From Gammaproteobacteria bacterium (lineage in GTDB: Bacteria; Pseudomonadota; Gammaproteobacteria; UBA4575), in the NCBI GenBank assembly GCA_965222615.1, contig CBDCUI010000008.1:928001-992000 (forward strand): DNA of 64,000 nt, written 5' to 3'. The notes under the pieces are model-generated. The model made no database searches. It was given only the letters and a program-made list of their open reading frames with translations, and had not been told where the DNA came from. The translations under genes and the position numbers were made by a program. This document shows positions 1 through 10,060 of the stretch, in pieces (position 1 is the first letter of the stretch; the number at the start of each line of letters is the position of its first letter).

Positions 1-152
1 CTCCAATGGTAGGCGCATCGTTAGAAGTCATGCAACGTGATGCAAAGAAAATGCGTGGTGAACGGCCTTTTGTTTTTACAAATCTAAAGGCACAAGAAGG
101 GCTAGATGAAATAATACAATTTATACAATCTCAAGGAATGCTAGCGATTTAA
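1..152 (+). CDS. ureG: Urease accessory GTPase UreG, 3' end (partial)
   Basis: Frame from position 3 reads [41 protein letters not shown]...* (TAA 150-152), a typical UreG C-terminus. Confidence 0.9.
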   Translation, partial: PMVGASLEVMQRDAKKMRGERPFVFTNLKAQEGLDEIIQFIQSQGMLAI

Positions 153-386
153 AAAATGAAAATTATTGACGCGAATAAATCGATATAATCCACAAAACAA
201 ACTGAGTAAAACCATTATTGGTAAAGCAACTATCCAAGCGATAATAATTCCAATTGCACCTGAGCCAGACCACCTGTTTTCAGCGTAGTTAAAAATAATT
301 TGTGCACCAGCTTTAATTAAAGCGAGAGCTGCTGCAGCCAGTAATGCCGTTAAGATGACTATGGTTATCTTTGTTAAAATATCCAT
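141..386 (-). CDS. Small hypothetical membrane protein
   Basis: ORF with two hydrophobic segments; ATG at 386 (MDILTK) chosen as the likely start. Confidence 0.5.
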   Translation of the reverse strand: MDILTKITIVILTALLAAAALALIKAGAQIIFNYAENRWSGSGAIGIIIAWIVALPIMVLLSLFCGLYRFIRVNNFHFLNR

Positions 387-443
387 GTCTAGAAGCTTAG
401 TTCTCAAGCACGTATTTAGCAAGTTAACAAATTAAGTAAATGA

Positions 444-1397
444 TTGATGTATGAAGTCATGAAAGAGTTAAAGGTTGCTGCGATTCAAATGCAAGCCGTA
501 TTGGCAGATGTAGATGAGAATCTCAGAAAGGCAGAAGTATTAATTCATGAAGCAGCAAATCAGGGGGCAAAATGGATAATCTTGCCAGAATTTTTTACTT
601 CTGCTTGTGCATTTCACCCAAATATGTTGGATGCAATCATTCCCATAGAAGGAAAAGCAACAACACTACTTAAACAATTATCAAAACAACTTGATGTGGT
701 TATTGGGGGGTCGTTTCTAGCTTTACATAAACAAGATGTCTATAACACCTTCACTCTTGTATTTCCTAATGGTGATGTATATCTACATAGCAAAGATATT
801 CCTACGATGTGGGAAAATTGTTATTACATTGGTGGTAACGATGATGGAGTTTTAAATACAGAGGTTTGTTCGGTAGGCGTAAGCTTATGTTGGGAGATGT
901 TACGTTCACAAACAGCAAGGCGGCTTTTGGGGAAAGTAAATTTTGTCGTGAGTGGATCTTGTTGGTGGGATCTTCCAGAAGGTATTCCATCAATATTCGA
1001 TTCTCTGCGTAAGCAAGGGCTACAGTTATTACAGTCAACCCCTATAACTTTTGCAAAACTTCTTGGTGTGCCAGTTATACATGCTGGTCATATAGGACAC
1101 TTTGAAGGGTATGCGCCGCCTAGTGAGAAGAAGGTATATAAAAGCCGTTATTTGGGTGGATCACAAATTATCAATGGTGAAGGACAAGTGCTTGCAAGTA
1201 TGAATAATGACGATCGAGAAGGCGTGATTCTTGCTGAGATTGACATTGAGACATTATGCAAACCTAGCATGCAAATTCCCGAGAGTTTTTGGATTCCAAA
1301 AATGCCTAAAGCATTTATATCAGAGTGGGATAAGTTAAATAAACATGGACAAGATTACTACCGAAAGTACACATATAAATATCTTCAAAATAGTTAG
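444..1397 (+). CDS. Carbon-nitrogen hydrolase (nitrilase superfamily)
   Basis: VAAIQM N-terminus and Glu-Lys-Cys triad motifs LPEFF, HSKDIP, LCWE. True start may be ATG 447 or 459. Confidence 0.85.
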   Translation: MMYEVMKELKVAAIQMQAVLADVDENLRKAEVLIHEAANQGAKWIILPEFFTSACAFHPNMLDAIIPIEGKATTLLKQLSKQLDVVIGGSFLALHKQDVYNTFTLVFPNGDVYLHSKDIPTMWENCYYIGGNDDGVLNTEVCSVGVSLCWEMLRSQTARRLLGKVNFVVSGSCWWDLPEGIPSIFDSLRKQGLQLLQSTPITFAKLLGVPVIHAGHIGHFEGYAPPSEKKVYKSRYLGGSQIINGEGQVLASMNNDDREGVILAEIDIETLCKPSMQIPESFWIPKMPKAFISEWDKLNKHGQDYYRKYTYKYLQNS

Positions 1398-1408
1398 CTA
1401 ATAATTTC

Positions 1409-1903
1409 ATGGCAACGAGATTAAAAGATATACCAAAGACTATAAAGATTTTAGTATTTTTTTTTATTTTATTAGCAACCTTATATATTGAACCTTGGAA
1501 AATACTTACTAATAGTGGAACCATGTATATATTGATGTGTGAGCAACAATATGAATCGAACTCTGTATGGGAATATCATAAAAAAGATGGGCTTATCAAT
1601 GGCGAGAAAAAATGTAGCACATCGAACCTTAGGACTATTAAGTTAAAGTACAAAGCGTTTGTTGAAAAACAAAAGGTAGTATTTTCTGGAAAAGAAATTG
1701 GTGTAGTTAGTTATGATTGCGATGTATTCGATCGCAATAATTTTACCTGTCCAAATAAAAATATAAGTGTTGAAAGCGGGAAGGCGCTACTAAGCTTTGC
1801 CTCTTATGAAAGAGCAGTACCGAAATGGCGATATGTATTCACTAAAATCAGCTTATTTATGGATCAGCAGTTGCAGCGAGAGACGGTTTATTCCTTGATT
1901 TAA
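1409..1903 (+). CDS. Hypothetical membrane-anchored protein
   Basis: 164-aa ORF with one N-terminal hydrophobic helix and several Cys; no family recognised. Confidence 0.55.
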   Translation: MATRLKDIPKTIKILVFFFILLATLYIEPWKILTNSGTMYILMCEQQYESNSVWEYHKKDGLINGEKKCSTSNLRTIKLKYKAFVEKQKVVFSGKEIGVVSYDCDVFDRNNFTCPNKNISVESGKALLSFASYERAVPKWRYVFTKISLFMDQQLQRETVYSLI

Positions 1904-2046
1904 CCCAGTCGAATCTATTCCAATTAAAAAAATAGGGTTATACTACCGTTAATATCATCAAATAGGCTTATTTAGGCCATTACGCCTATATATATAAGAG
2001 TAATGTCCGCTAGCCTAGTTACGATAGCATAAATGATGGAGTTCTC

Positions 2047-2358
2047 GTGTTAAAGCTAGGGACGGTAATCATATTGTTCTTCTGCGCCTCAACGGCATTT
2101 GCTGATAAGTATGTTTATCTTATAAATACTCATTCTAGTAGTGGTGAATTTGTACAAGGTGCTGCTTATACCGATAGCAATCGTTTAGAAGTCAATGGTT
2201 ATGTAATACTCAAACACGATTCAAAAGCCAGTTTTGCAGGCGTTTGGACTCGGTCAGGTAAAATTGAAGCTGTAGATCGTTATGGCAATGTATATTTGTT
2301 TGATGTCATTAAAGTATTAGATGATAAACAAGTTAAAAATCTCGTACATAATTTTTAG
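2047..2358 (+). CDS. Hypothetical exported protein
   Basis: Signal-peptide-like N-terminus ending AFA; GGAG upstream. Confidence 0.55.
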   Translation: MLKLGTVIILFFCASTAFADKYVYLINTHSSSGEFVQGAAYTDSNRLEVNGYVILKHDSKASFAGVWTRSGKIEAVDRYGNVYLFDVIKVLDDKQVKNLVHNF

Positions 2359-2359
2359 A

Positions 2360-3058
2360 CTAAACTGACAAATGTTGCTTTGCTAGCTCCTCGGAGAGCT
2401 TGTCTATATCACCTTCTTCCACGATTTGACCGTGATCCATAATTGCAAAGTGCTGTGTAACATCGCGTACAAAGTCTAGATTTTGTTCCACTAATAGAAT
2501 CGAGCAATTTCTTTCAGAATGTATGCGTTTAATAATCTCATCAATCTCTTCCACAACAGATGGTTGAAGACCTTCGGTGGGTTCATCTAAAAGCAATAAA
2601 CTAGGTTCTTGAATTAATGCGCGTGCAATAGCCAATTGTTGTTGCTGACCGCCACTGAGAACACCGCCTTTACGTTTTTGTATTGACTCTAATGCTGGGA
2701 AGTATTCGAAAATGAATTTAGGTATTACTTTACTTTTATTATTTTTCCCACGCATAGCAACAAGTAAATTTTCATAAATGGAGATATCAGGAATAATTTC
2801 TCTTCCTTGCGGTACATAGCTTATGCCGGCACGAGCTCGTCGGTGGGTTTGTTGCCGAGTAATATCGTTATTGTTAAAACGGATAGTTCCATTTTGCGGT
2901 GGATTAATACCAGTAATGCTTTTCAGCAAGGTTGATTTACCTACGCCATTTCGACCCAATACGCTTACCATCGCCCCATCTTGTATATCCAACGAAATTC
3001 CATGCAGAATATGGCTGGTACCGTAAAAGGTATTAATATTTTGTACTTCAAGACCCAT
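2360..3058 (-). CDS. urtE: Urea/amide ABC transporter ATP-binding subunit (UrtE/LivF-like)
   Basis: Walker A GRNGVGKS, YVPQGREI, LSGGQQQQ, LLDEPTEG. Confidence 0.9.
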   Translation of the reverse strand: MGLEVQNINTFYGTSHILHGISLDIQDGAMVSVLGRNGVGKSTLLKSITGINPPQNGTIRFNNNDITRQQTHRRARAGISYVPQGREIIPDISIYENLLVAMRGKNNKSKVIPKFIFEYFPALESIQKRKGGVLSGGQQQQLAIARALIQEPSLLLLDEPTEGLQPSVVEEIDEIIKRIHSERNCSILLVEQNLDFVRDVTQHFAIMDHGQIVEEGDIDKLSEELAKQHLSV

Positions 3059-3799
3059 TTAGTGTCCTTTGCCTAAATAGACTGCTTTCACTTCTTCATT
3101 TTCAACTACTTCAGACAAAGGGCCTTCGGCTAATTTTTGTCCTTGAGCCAATACTGTAACTTTGTTGGCAATTTTTCTAACTATGTCCATGTCGTGTTCG
3201 ACTAGCATGACGGTGTGATCTTTAGCAATTTCCTTGATTAATTCTGCAGTTTTGGCTTTTCCATCAGCTGTCATGCCAGTGGTGGGTTCATCTAATAACA
3301 ATAATTTCGGCTCAGACGCAATTAGCATTCCAAGCTCCAGCCATTGTCTTTGCCCATGTCCTAGAGTGTCCACACTGTCCTTAGCCTTATTGGCCAACAT
3401 TGTAAAATCTAAGATTTCCCAGATTCTTTTGTTATCTTGAGTGGTTACCTTACCAAAAAGAGATTTGAATACTTTGCGACGCCCTTTTAAGGACACCATA
3501 ATATTGTCGTAGACAGAAAGTGTTTCGTATAGGTTTGGGACTTGAAATTTTCGACTAATTCCTTTCACAAATATTTTATCAGGTGCATTGTTCGTAATGT
3601 TTTCACCATCAAAAATAATTGTTCCAGATTTAGGTTTATAGCGTCCAGTGATCATATCAATTAATGTTGTTTTACCGGCACCATTTGGTCCAAGTACCAC
3701 ACGCAATTCATTTTCTTCAATACTGAAATCTAAATTATTTAGAATAGTGTAACCACTAACTTCAGTTGTTAACCCTTGTACTTCGAGAATGTTACTCAT
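3059..3799 (-). CDS. urtD: Urea/amide ABC transporter ATP-binding subunit (UrtD/LivG-like)
   Basis: GPNGAGKT, RKFQVP, LGHGQRQWLE, VEHDM, C-terminal VYLG. Confidence 0.9.
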   Translation of the reverse strand: MSNILEVQGLTTEVSGYTILNNLDFSIEENELRVVLGPNGAGKTTLIDMITGRYKPKSGTIIFDGENITNNAPDKIFVKGISRKFQVPNLYETLSVYDNIMVSLKGRRKVFKSLFGKVTTQDNKRIWEILDFTMLANKAKDSVDTLGHGQRQWLELGMLIASEPKLLLLDEPTTGMTADGKAKTAELIKEIAKDHTVMLVEHDMDIVRKIANKVTVLAQGQKLAEGPLSEVVENEEVKAVYLGKGH

Positions 3800-3838
3800 T
3801 ATTGTTTAGTTAAATATTAGTTAAGTGCTAGCATTTCA

Positions 3839-4987
3839 TTAAATCTCACTTGGCCCCTTAGGTTGTCCCGGGCGCCAATCTTTTTGGCGATCTGCGGCCA
3901 GCGCATCAGCTTCTTCAACTACCTCTCCAAGTGGTACATGTTTTTTTCTTGCTGACCACCATTTTCCAACAGTACCTACAATCCCATCACGCATTACCAG
4001 CACCACAAATATGAATAAGCCGCCCATGATCAATTGCCAGGTCCACGCAAGTTTTCCACTTAAGAAAAATTCTGAGCCCTTTACTAAAAATGCGCCGATA
4101 AAGGGACCAATAATCGTTCCTCTACCACCCACTGCCGTCCAAATAACTGCCTCAATTGAAAATACCGGGCCTGCATCTAAAAATGAGATAATACCGTTCC
4201 AAGCTGCATACATCGCACCTGCCGCAGCAGCCATAAAACTGGATACACAGAAGACAAATATTCGATAATTAGCCACGTTATAGCCCATAAATTCTGCGCG
4301 CACATCGTTATCGCGAATCGACTTAAGAACGGTTCCAACACGTGAATGCGTCAAAATTCTTCCCACAACAAAAAATAAAATAGTGACAGCAAGAATGAAC
4401 CAAAGATAATGCATTGTGGCATGAGTGCCGTAATCGGTAATACCGTTAAAGCCTCCCGTATAGGCTTGGTATTCAATTATGGCTTCTTGCAGGATGAGTG
4501 ATTCCGCCAAGGTGATTACTGCACAATAGACGCCGTAAATGTGGCGTTTAAAAGTAATGACACCAAATATAAATGCGATCAATACAGCAAATGCTAACCC
4601 TATAAATATTGCAAAGGGCAAGTTTTGCAAAGGTGCCATAAAGTTTGGTACTTCTGTGAGTCCATTCCATTCCATAAAATCTGGAATAGTTCCACCATAT
4701 CTTGTTGGATGGTCAACTGCGTAATCAATTTTTAAAGAAAGTGCTACCGCATAAGCGCCGATTCCAAAGTAAACCGCTTGTCCTAAACTTAAAATACCCG
4801 CAAATCCCCAAATTAAATCAATGCTCAGAGCAAATATTGCGTAACATAAAAATTTACCCAATAAAGATGTTACATAGGCAGCTCCATAAATAGGGTATGT
4901 TGCAATAGCAAGGACAATTGCAGTTGCAACTACCACAGCTAAAAAAGGAAACATGGGTGCTTTGTATATCTGTCGATCTTGCGCCAT
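3839..4987 (-). CDS. urtC: Urea/amide ABC transporter permease (UrtC-like)
   Basis: DLIWGFAGILSLGQ, PDFMEWNG, TGGFNG, AVGGRGT motifs; polytopic membrane protein. Confidence 0.88.
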   Translation of the reverse strand: MAQDRQIYKAPMFPFLAVVVATAIVLAIATYPIYGAAYVTSLLGKFLCYAIFALSIDLIWGFAGILSLGQAVYFGIGAYAVALSLKIDYAVDHPTRYGGTIPDFMEWNGLTEVPNFMAPLQNLPFAIFIGLAFAVLIAFIFGVITFKRHIYGVYCAVITLAESLILQEAIIEYQAYTGGFNGITDYGTHATMHYLWFILAVTILFFVVGRILTHSRVGTVLKSIRDNDVRAEFMGYNVANYRIFVFCVSSFMAAAAGAMYAAWNGIISFLDAGPVFSIEAVIWTAVGGRGTIIGPFIGAFLVKGSEFFLSGKLAWTWQLIMGGLFIFVVLVMRDGIVGTVGKWWSARKKHVPLGEVVEEADALAADRQKDWRPGQPKGPSEI

Positions 4988-5016
4988 TTGAGTTTATTCC
5001 TTTTTTATTTAGTTCA

Positions 5017-5886
5017 TTACGTTCTCTCGTGGTATCCAAACAATCCTCTAGGGAATACCCGTATAGCAAGCACAATGAAAATGAAAACTAATAGCTTTCC
5101 AATTACATTGTTATAAATGAATGACAAAATTGTCTCGGCTTCACCAATGAGTGCTGAGCCTGCCACAACACCCCAAAGGTTACCTACACCACCCAATACA
5201 AGTACCATGTAGGAATCAACTGCGTAGGGAAATCCCATGGTTGTTGAAACAGATTTAATTGGAGCTAACGCTGCACCTGCAACACCTGCAAGACCAGAAC
5301 CAAATGCAAAGATGAGCATGTCTATTTTTTTAGTATCGATTCCCAGACAGCCAGACATGGTACGATTTCTGCGTACTGATCTTACTTTAAGACCAAGATC
5401 CGTTTTATATAACACTAAATAAGTGATGATCATTAAAATAATTGCAAGAACGATTAGAAACAATCGATACCAAGGGAAAGGTAGTAAACCAATAACTCGA
5501 AAACCACCATCAAGAACTTTTGGTGCACCAACATAATATAATTCAGGCCCGAAAATGAGTTTCATTAAGACCTGAAGAATGATGCCTACACCCCATGTGG
5601 CGAGCAATGTCTCTAAGGGTCGTTCATAGATCCATTGAATAATCGATCGCTCTACAATCAGACCGAGTAATGCAACCACTAGGAATGCAACTGGGATCGC
5701 TAGAAAAGTATTGCCGCCTAGTTGGCCTACTACTGCAGCCGTGTAGGCACCGACCATAATAAATTCCCCATGCGCCATGTTAATTACACCTGCGACTCCA
5801 AAAATTATGGCTAAACCTAACGCGGCAATCATGAGTATTGCTACAACACTAAAGCCATTTAGAAATTGTGTAATGATCGATTCCAT
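5017..5886 (-). CDS. urtB: Urea/amide ABC transporter permease (UrtB-like)
   Basis: GVINMAHGEFIMVGAY and ETLLATWG motifs. Confidence 0.88.
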   Translation of the reverse strand: MESIITQFLNGFSVVAILMIAALGLAIIFGVAGVINMAHGEFIMVGAYTAAVVGQLGGNTFLAIPVAFLVVALLGLIVERSIIQWIYERPLETLLATWGVGIILQVLMKLIFGPELYYVGAPKVLDGGFRVIGLLPFPWYRLFLIVLAIILMIITYLVLYKTDLGLKVRSVRRNRTMSGCLGIDTKKIDMLIFAFGSGLAGVAGAALAPIKSVSTTMGFPYAVDSYMVLVLGGVGNLWGVVAGSALIGEAETILSFIYNNVIGKLLVFIFIVLAIRVFPRGLFGYHERT

Positions 5887-5975
5887 CTATACTTTATGTA
5901 TCTTTGTTACATGTCATGAATGCATACTTATTTACAGTTATTAGGTTGTATAAGCATGTTTGTTTAAGCAATAGC

Positions 5976-6013
5976 ATGTATAGGTGGCTGTTTGAATTCA
6001 GCCGCCTATACAT
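5976..6013 (-). other. Intercistronic stem-loop after urtA (mRNA stabiliser or partial terminator)
   Basis: ATGTATAGGTGGCTG-N8-CAGCCGCCTATACAT, a 15-bp stem with one imperfect pair, just past the binding-protein stop codon. Confidence 0.6.
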
Positions 6014-6025
6014 AAACATTGGTGT

Positions 6026-7330
6026 TTAACTTATATCGAATGTGCCAGATCGGTCTGGATTATTAGACTTTAACCTCTCTAAGACACTTGGATTAGTAAA
6101 ATCACAATCCTTATTCGGATACAGCAAATCAACCCATGGATCTGGACGTACCCAATCGTCGCGTTGCCAAACAATATCAAACTGACCTGCTTCATTTGCA
6201 CGTCCGATTTTTGGCCATAACCAGGTGTGATGATTTAACTCATCAATCTTGACTTTACCGCCTGGCGCATTGAATTCCTGACCTGGTAGACCTTCAAAAA
6301 TCAGAGCATCCGCATCGGTTGATTCTACTTTTTCAAAGGCTTGTGCAAGCATATGAGTTTGAAAATAAGCTGCTTCCATTACAGCATTGGTAACTTCATC
6401 CTTGCCGTATTTAGCTTTGTAAGCTTCAACAAACTTCTTATTTTCTGGTGTGTCAACAGATTGGAAATAATTGAATGAAGTTAAATGACCCAATGCATTT
6501 TCAGGACCCATGGCCGCGGTTTCTTGCTCGGTAGTTATGGGTGTAGCAATTAATATGTCTTCAGCGGTGATACCGAATTGACGGAATTGCTTGTAAAACG
6601 CTACTACTGAATCACCAACAAGATCTGAAAATACAACGTCGGGTTTCTTGGCTGCAATTTTATTGATATTGGTGGAAAACTCTGTATGACCTAAAGGTGC
6701 ATATTCTTCACCAACATCTTCACCACCATGTGCTTTTAACAATGCTTTTACTTCTCGGTTGGTTTCTTTTGGATAAATGTAATTAGATCCGATCATATAA
6801 AATTTGGGGCCAACATTTTTAATCAGCCAAGGCACAAAATCATCTAATTGTTGGTTTGGTACACAGCCGGTATAAAAACAGTTTTTACTGCATTCTTGTG
6901 CTTCATATAATGTTGGATAGAGTAAGACATTGTTATGTTGCTCAAATACAGGCAATACTGATTGACGACTTGCAGAGGTGTAACACCCTAATACCGCAGC
7001 TACTTTATCTTCAAGAATAAGTTTTTTAGCTTTTTCAGCAAATACTTGTACTAAAGATTGAGGATCTTCAATTACTGGCTCAATTTGTTTACCCATTACA
7101 CCGCCGGCAGCATTGATCTCATCAATTGCAAGAAGCTCAGCGTTATGTAGAGAACGTTCAATAATTGCAATGGTGCCACTGAGCGAATGAAGAATACCTA
7201 CTTTAATAGTGTCGCCTGCTGCAGCTTTCGCATATTTTTTCACGAAGAAATATGGAAAGTCTGTAATCGTAGCTGCAGCTGCAGTTCCCGCTACGACAGC
7301 AGAATTTTTTAAAAATTTACGTCGATTCAT
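6026..7330 (-). CDS. urtA: Urea/short-chain amide ABC substrate-binding protein (UrtA/FmdD-like) with Tat signal
   Basis: MNRRKFLK twin-arginine signal, IKVGILHSLSGT, GCYTSASRQSVLP, PNQQ; GGAGG RBS. Confidence 0.88.
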   Translation of the reverse strand: MNRRKFLKNSAVVAGTAAAATITDFPYFFVKKYAKAAAGDTIKVGILHSLSGTIAIIERSLHNAELLAIDEINAAGGVMGKQIEPVIEDPQSLVQVFAEKAKKLILEDKVAAVLGCYTSASRQSVLPVFEQHNNVLLYPTLYEAQECSKNCFYTGCVPNQQLDDFVPWLIKNVGPKFYMIGSNYIYPKETNREVKALLKAHGGEDVGEEYAPLGHTEFSTNINKIAAKKPDVVFSDLVGDSVVAFYKQFRQFGITAEDILIATPITTEQETAAMGPENALGHLTSFNYFQSVDTPENKKFVEAYKAKYGKDEVTNAVMEAAYFQTHMLAQAFEKVESTDADALIFEGLPGQEFNAPGGKVKIDELNHHTWLWPKIGRANEAGQFDIVWQRDDWVRPDPWVDLLYPNKDCDFTNPSVLERLKSNNPDRSGTFDIS

Positions 7331-7406
7331 TGCTTCCTCCTGGACTTATCTGATAAGTACTAATTGTTTGTTTTTTTAAAAGTTTGTATTTATTTTTTTG
7401 GCATGC

Positions 7407-7484
7407 AAAAAAAACCTCTAAAGAAATCTATTCTTTAGAGGCGTTGTTGCCAAAATCCAACAAAAGCGATTTTGGTTTTGTTGG
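7407..7484 (-). promoter_or_regulatory. ANTAR-type attenuator, proximal unit of the urtA leader
   Basis: Minus strand: P1 CCAACAAAA-CCAAAATCGC-TTTTGTTGG; P2 GGC-AACAAC-GCC overlapping the terminator CCTCTAAAGAA-N5-TTCTTTAGAGG-T8. Confidence 0.75.
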
Positions 7485-7505
7485 CTATTATCTTTTTGTA
7501 CAAAT

Positions 7506-7587
7506 AAAAAAAGCCCTTTGAAAACCTTAGTTTCCAAAGGGCTTTTTTGCCGAAATTTAAATAACGAAAGCGGTACTGGTTTCGTTA
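7506..7587 (-). promoter_or_regulatory. ANTAR-type attenuator, distal unit of the urtA leader
   Basis: Minus strand: P1 TAACGAAA-CCAGTACCGC-TTTCGTTA; P2 GGC-AAAAAA-GCC overlapping the terminator GCCCTTTGGAAA...TTTTCAAAGGGC-T7. Confidence 0.75.
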
Positions 7588-7655
7588 CCTTAGCTATTCA
7601 AACTGGCTCCTAATGTTTAGTACCAGTATGAGTACTTATTTTTATATTTAAGAGC

Positions 7656-7685
7656 AGATTATTCACCGAAAAAGCGGGATGTCAA
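7656..7685 (-). promoter_or_regulatory. Candidate sigma70 promoter of the urt operon
   Basis: Minus strand TTGACA (7685-7680) followed 16-18 nt later by AATAATCT, upstream of both attenuators. Confidence 0.5.
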
Positions 7686-7740
7686 GATAATTTCATAAAT
7701 ATCTGAGTATTTGTTGTAAAAGTCCAGTTTATTAGATATT

Positions 7741-8602
7741 TCAATGGAGGCTAGAGGATTTATCCATTACAAATTTTTCGTAGCACATATGAATGATAGT
7801 GAGCAACCATGAAACGAAGACAAAAGGAGCGGTTAAAGAAGGCCGACCTGAAATAATAAAAATTTGAGTAACAATAACAGCAAATACAATGCCAATAAGA
7901 GGGAATATAACAGGTTTTAAGTTTTGTAAAGCAATTGCAGTTAGCACAGCGCTAAATCCGTAGAGACCTTCTTGAATATTTAAGGCTGGAAAATTGAGGA
8001 TATGAGCAAGTAGCCAGGATAATGATGCGGCAACTACGGCCCATATAAAACTAGATTTTGAGCAAAGTAAAATTGCAACTAGCATGATTACCCTAGTTAT
8101 CCCATTTCCTTGTATATACACTTGCCCGATAGCTTCTCCTAAACCTGAGGTATAGATATTTTCGGTTGTATTGAGGACTTCAGTAGCAGGCTCTAGTTGT
8201 ATTATGTCTGACCCAAGTATTACTAACCATGTGATGAAAACAAAAGGTGCAGTAAATGCAGGAAGTTTGAAATATTGTGGGATCCACTTCGTAACAAATA
8301 CAGATAAAAAAACAACTTAAGACAAAGATACCTATGAATAATGGTGTAACTTGAAAAAAGTAGATATTCGCAATACCTATTAACGTAGCATTATATCCGT
8401 AGATCCCTAAAGCTGTGTCTTTGTTATCTAGCTTGAAAATTTTTGCAGTAGCAGTGCCAATGATTGTTCCAAAAAATGCACCCAGTGCCATTTTCCATGA
8501 ATGAAAAGCAATACTTGCTAATATTATTAAACCAGTTAATGCACAAGGCTGCACAATAACTTGAGCAATCCCTGACATTGAGCTTTTTAAAAAATGGATC
8601 AT
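7741..8602 (-). pseudogene. Urea transporter (UT/Yut family), frameshifted
   Basis: Removing one base from the A7 run (8306-8312) joins both ORFs into a 286-aa protein with two GxxQV/GxYGxx/LPxxTAPFV-type repeats. Confidence 0.8.
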
Positions 8603-8900
8603 TTTAGTTTATGTTGGTTACAATCATTTCATTTGTAGTTATTGTTTTAATGATTCTAAGAAAGTAAGCGTACTTTGAATATTAATCATTTGTAACTTAA
8701 GTAATTATTATAATTAGAATAAATCATTTTTATTTTTTTATATAGAGATATAAACCTATGAATTCTGAAGATGATTATTGATGCTAGACGTAACATGACT
8801 TGTTCGTACAAAAGGGCACGGATACTCAAATGATATGTGTTATATTGCTTAGTGATATCACATAATCTAAATATAACTTTAATAAATATAGGTATTTAAT

Positions 8901-10058
8901 GTGGTCAAGTCTTCCTGGAAAGTTGGTGTTTTGTTTTCTAAAACAGGTGTGACATCTGTTATAGAGAAAACACAATTAAATGCTACTCTTCTCGCTATTC
9001 GTGAAATTAATGCAAAAGGTGGCGTCAACGGCCGCAGCCTGAAACCCATTGTTTATGATCCGCAATCCAATCCCGAAAATTTTCGGTTGCTTGCCAAGCG
9101 TTTAATTACAAAAGATTCAGCTAATATCATTTTTGGATGTTACATGTCTAGCACACGCAAGGCAGTACTTCCTATCGTTGAAGATTACAATGGTTTATTG
9201 TGGTATCCCACATTGTACGAGGGTTTTGAATACTCAAAAAATGTAATTTATACAGGTTCGGCACCTAATCAAAACAGCATGTTCTTGGCGCGTTATTTGC
9301 TAAATCAATATGGAAATCGTTTTTATTTTGTTGGTTCAAATTATATTTATCCCTATGAATCAAATCGCATCATGAAAGATATTTTGCAATCAACTGGTGG
9401 TAGAGTCGTAGCAGAAAAGTATCTACCTTTAGATGCAAGCAGAAAAGAAATTAATCCGATTTTAGTAGATATTTTAGAGAAACGCCCGAATGTAATTTTT
9501 AGCACTATAGTTGGTTCAGCGACAAGTAAATTTTATAAGAGTTATTGGAATGCAGGCTTGCAACCAAAACAAATGCCAATAGCAAGTCTTACCACAAGTG
9601 AGGCAGAAGTTACGGCAATGGGTCATGAGGTAGCAACAGGGCATGTTACCGCAGCACCATATTTTGAGTCTGTAGACACACCTTTGAATGCAAAATTTGT
9701 AAAAAACTATAAAGCTATGTTTGGAGCATTACAGTGTACAAATGCTTGTGCCGAAGCTGCCTATTTTCAAGTCCACCTTTTTGCTGATGTGTTGCGTCGA
9801 GTCGGTACATTGGATACCGAAATCATACGTACCGCAACACTTGGCACTATATTTGATGCACCTCAAGGAACTATACAAATTGATCCTGATAATAATCATA
9901 CATACTTAAGACCAAAAATAGGGCGTGTTGATCATAAAGGCATGTTTCAGATAGTTGCAGAAACAGATAGACCAGTAAAACCTGATCCATACTTAGTCGA
10001 CCTTGGTTCAGACAAAAGCCTAAATTGCATGAAATACTATGAAAGTGAGATTAACTAG
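8901..10058 (+). CDS. amiC: Amide-sensing negative regulator AmiC
   Basis: VGVLFSKTGVT, FGCYMSSTRKAVLP, YPTLYEGFEYS, YIYPYESNR; no signal peptide; adjacent to an ANTAR regulator. Confidence 0.9.
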   Translation: MVKSSWKVGVLFSKTGVTSVIEKTQLNATLLAIREINAKGGVNGRSLKPIVYDPQSNPENFRLLAKRLITKDSANIIFGCYMSSTRKAVLPIVEDYNGLLWYPTLYEGFEYSKNVIYTGSAPNQNSMFLARYLLNQYGNRFYFVGSNYIYPYESNRIMKDILQSTGGRVVAEKYLPLDASRKEINPILVDILEKRPNVIFSTIVGSATSKFYKSYWNAGLQPKQMPIASLTTSEAEVTAMGHEVATGHVTAAPYFESVDTPLNAKFVKNYKAMFGALQCTNACAEAAYFQVHLFADVLRRVGTLDTEIIRTATLGTIFDAPQGTIQIDPDNNHTYLRPKIGRVDHKGMFQIVAETDRPVKPDPYLVDLGSDKSLNCMKYYESEIN

Positions 10059-10060
10059 CT

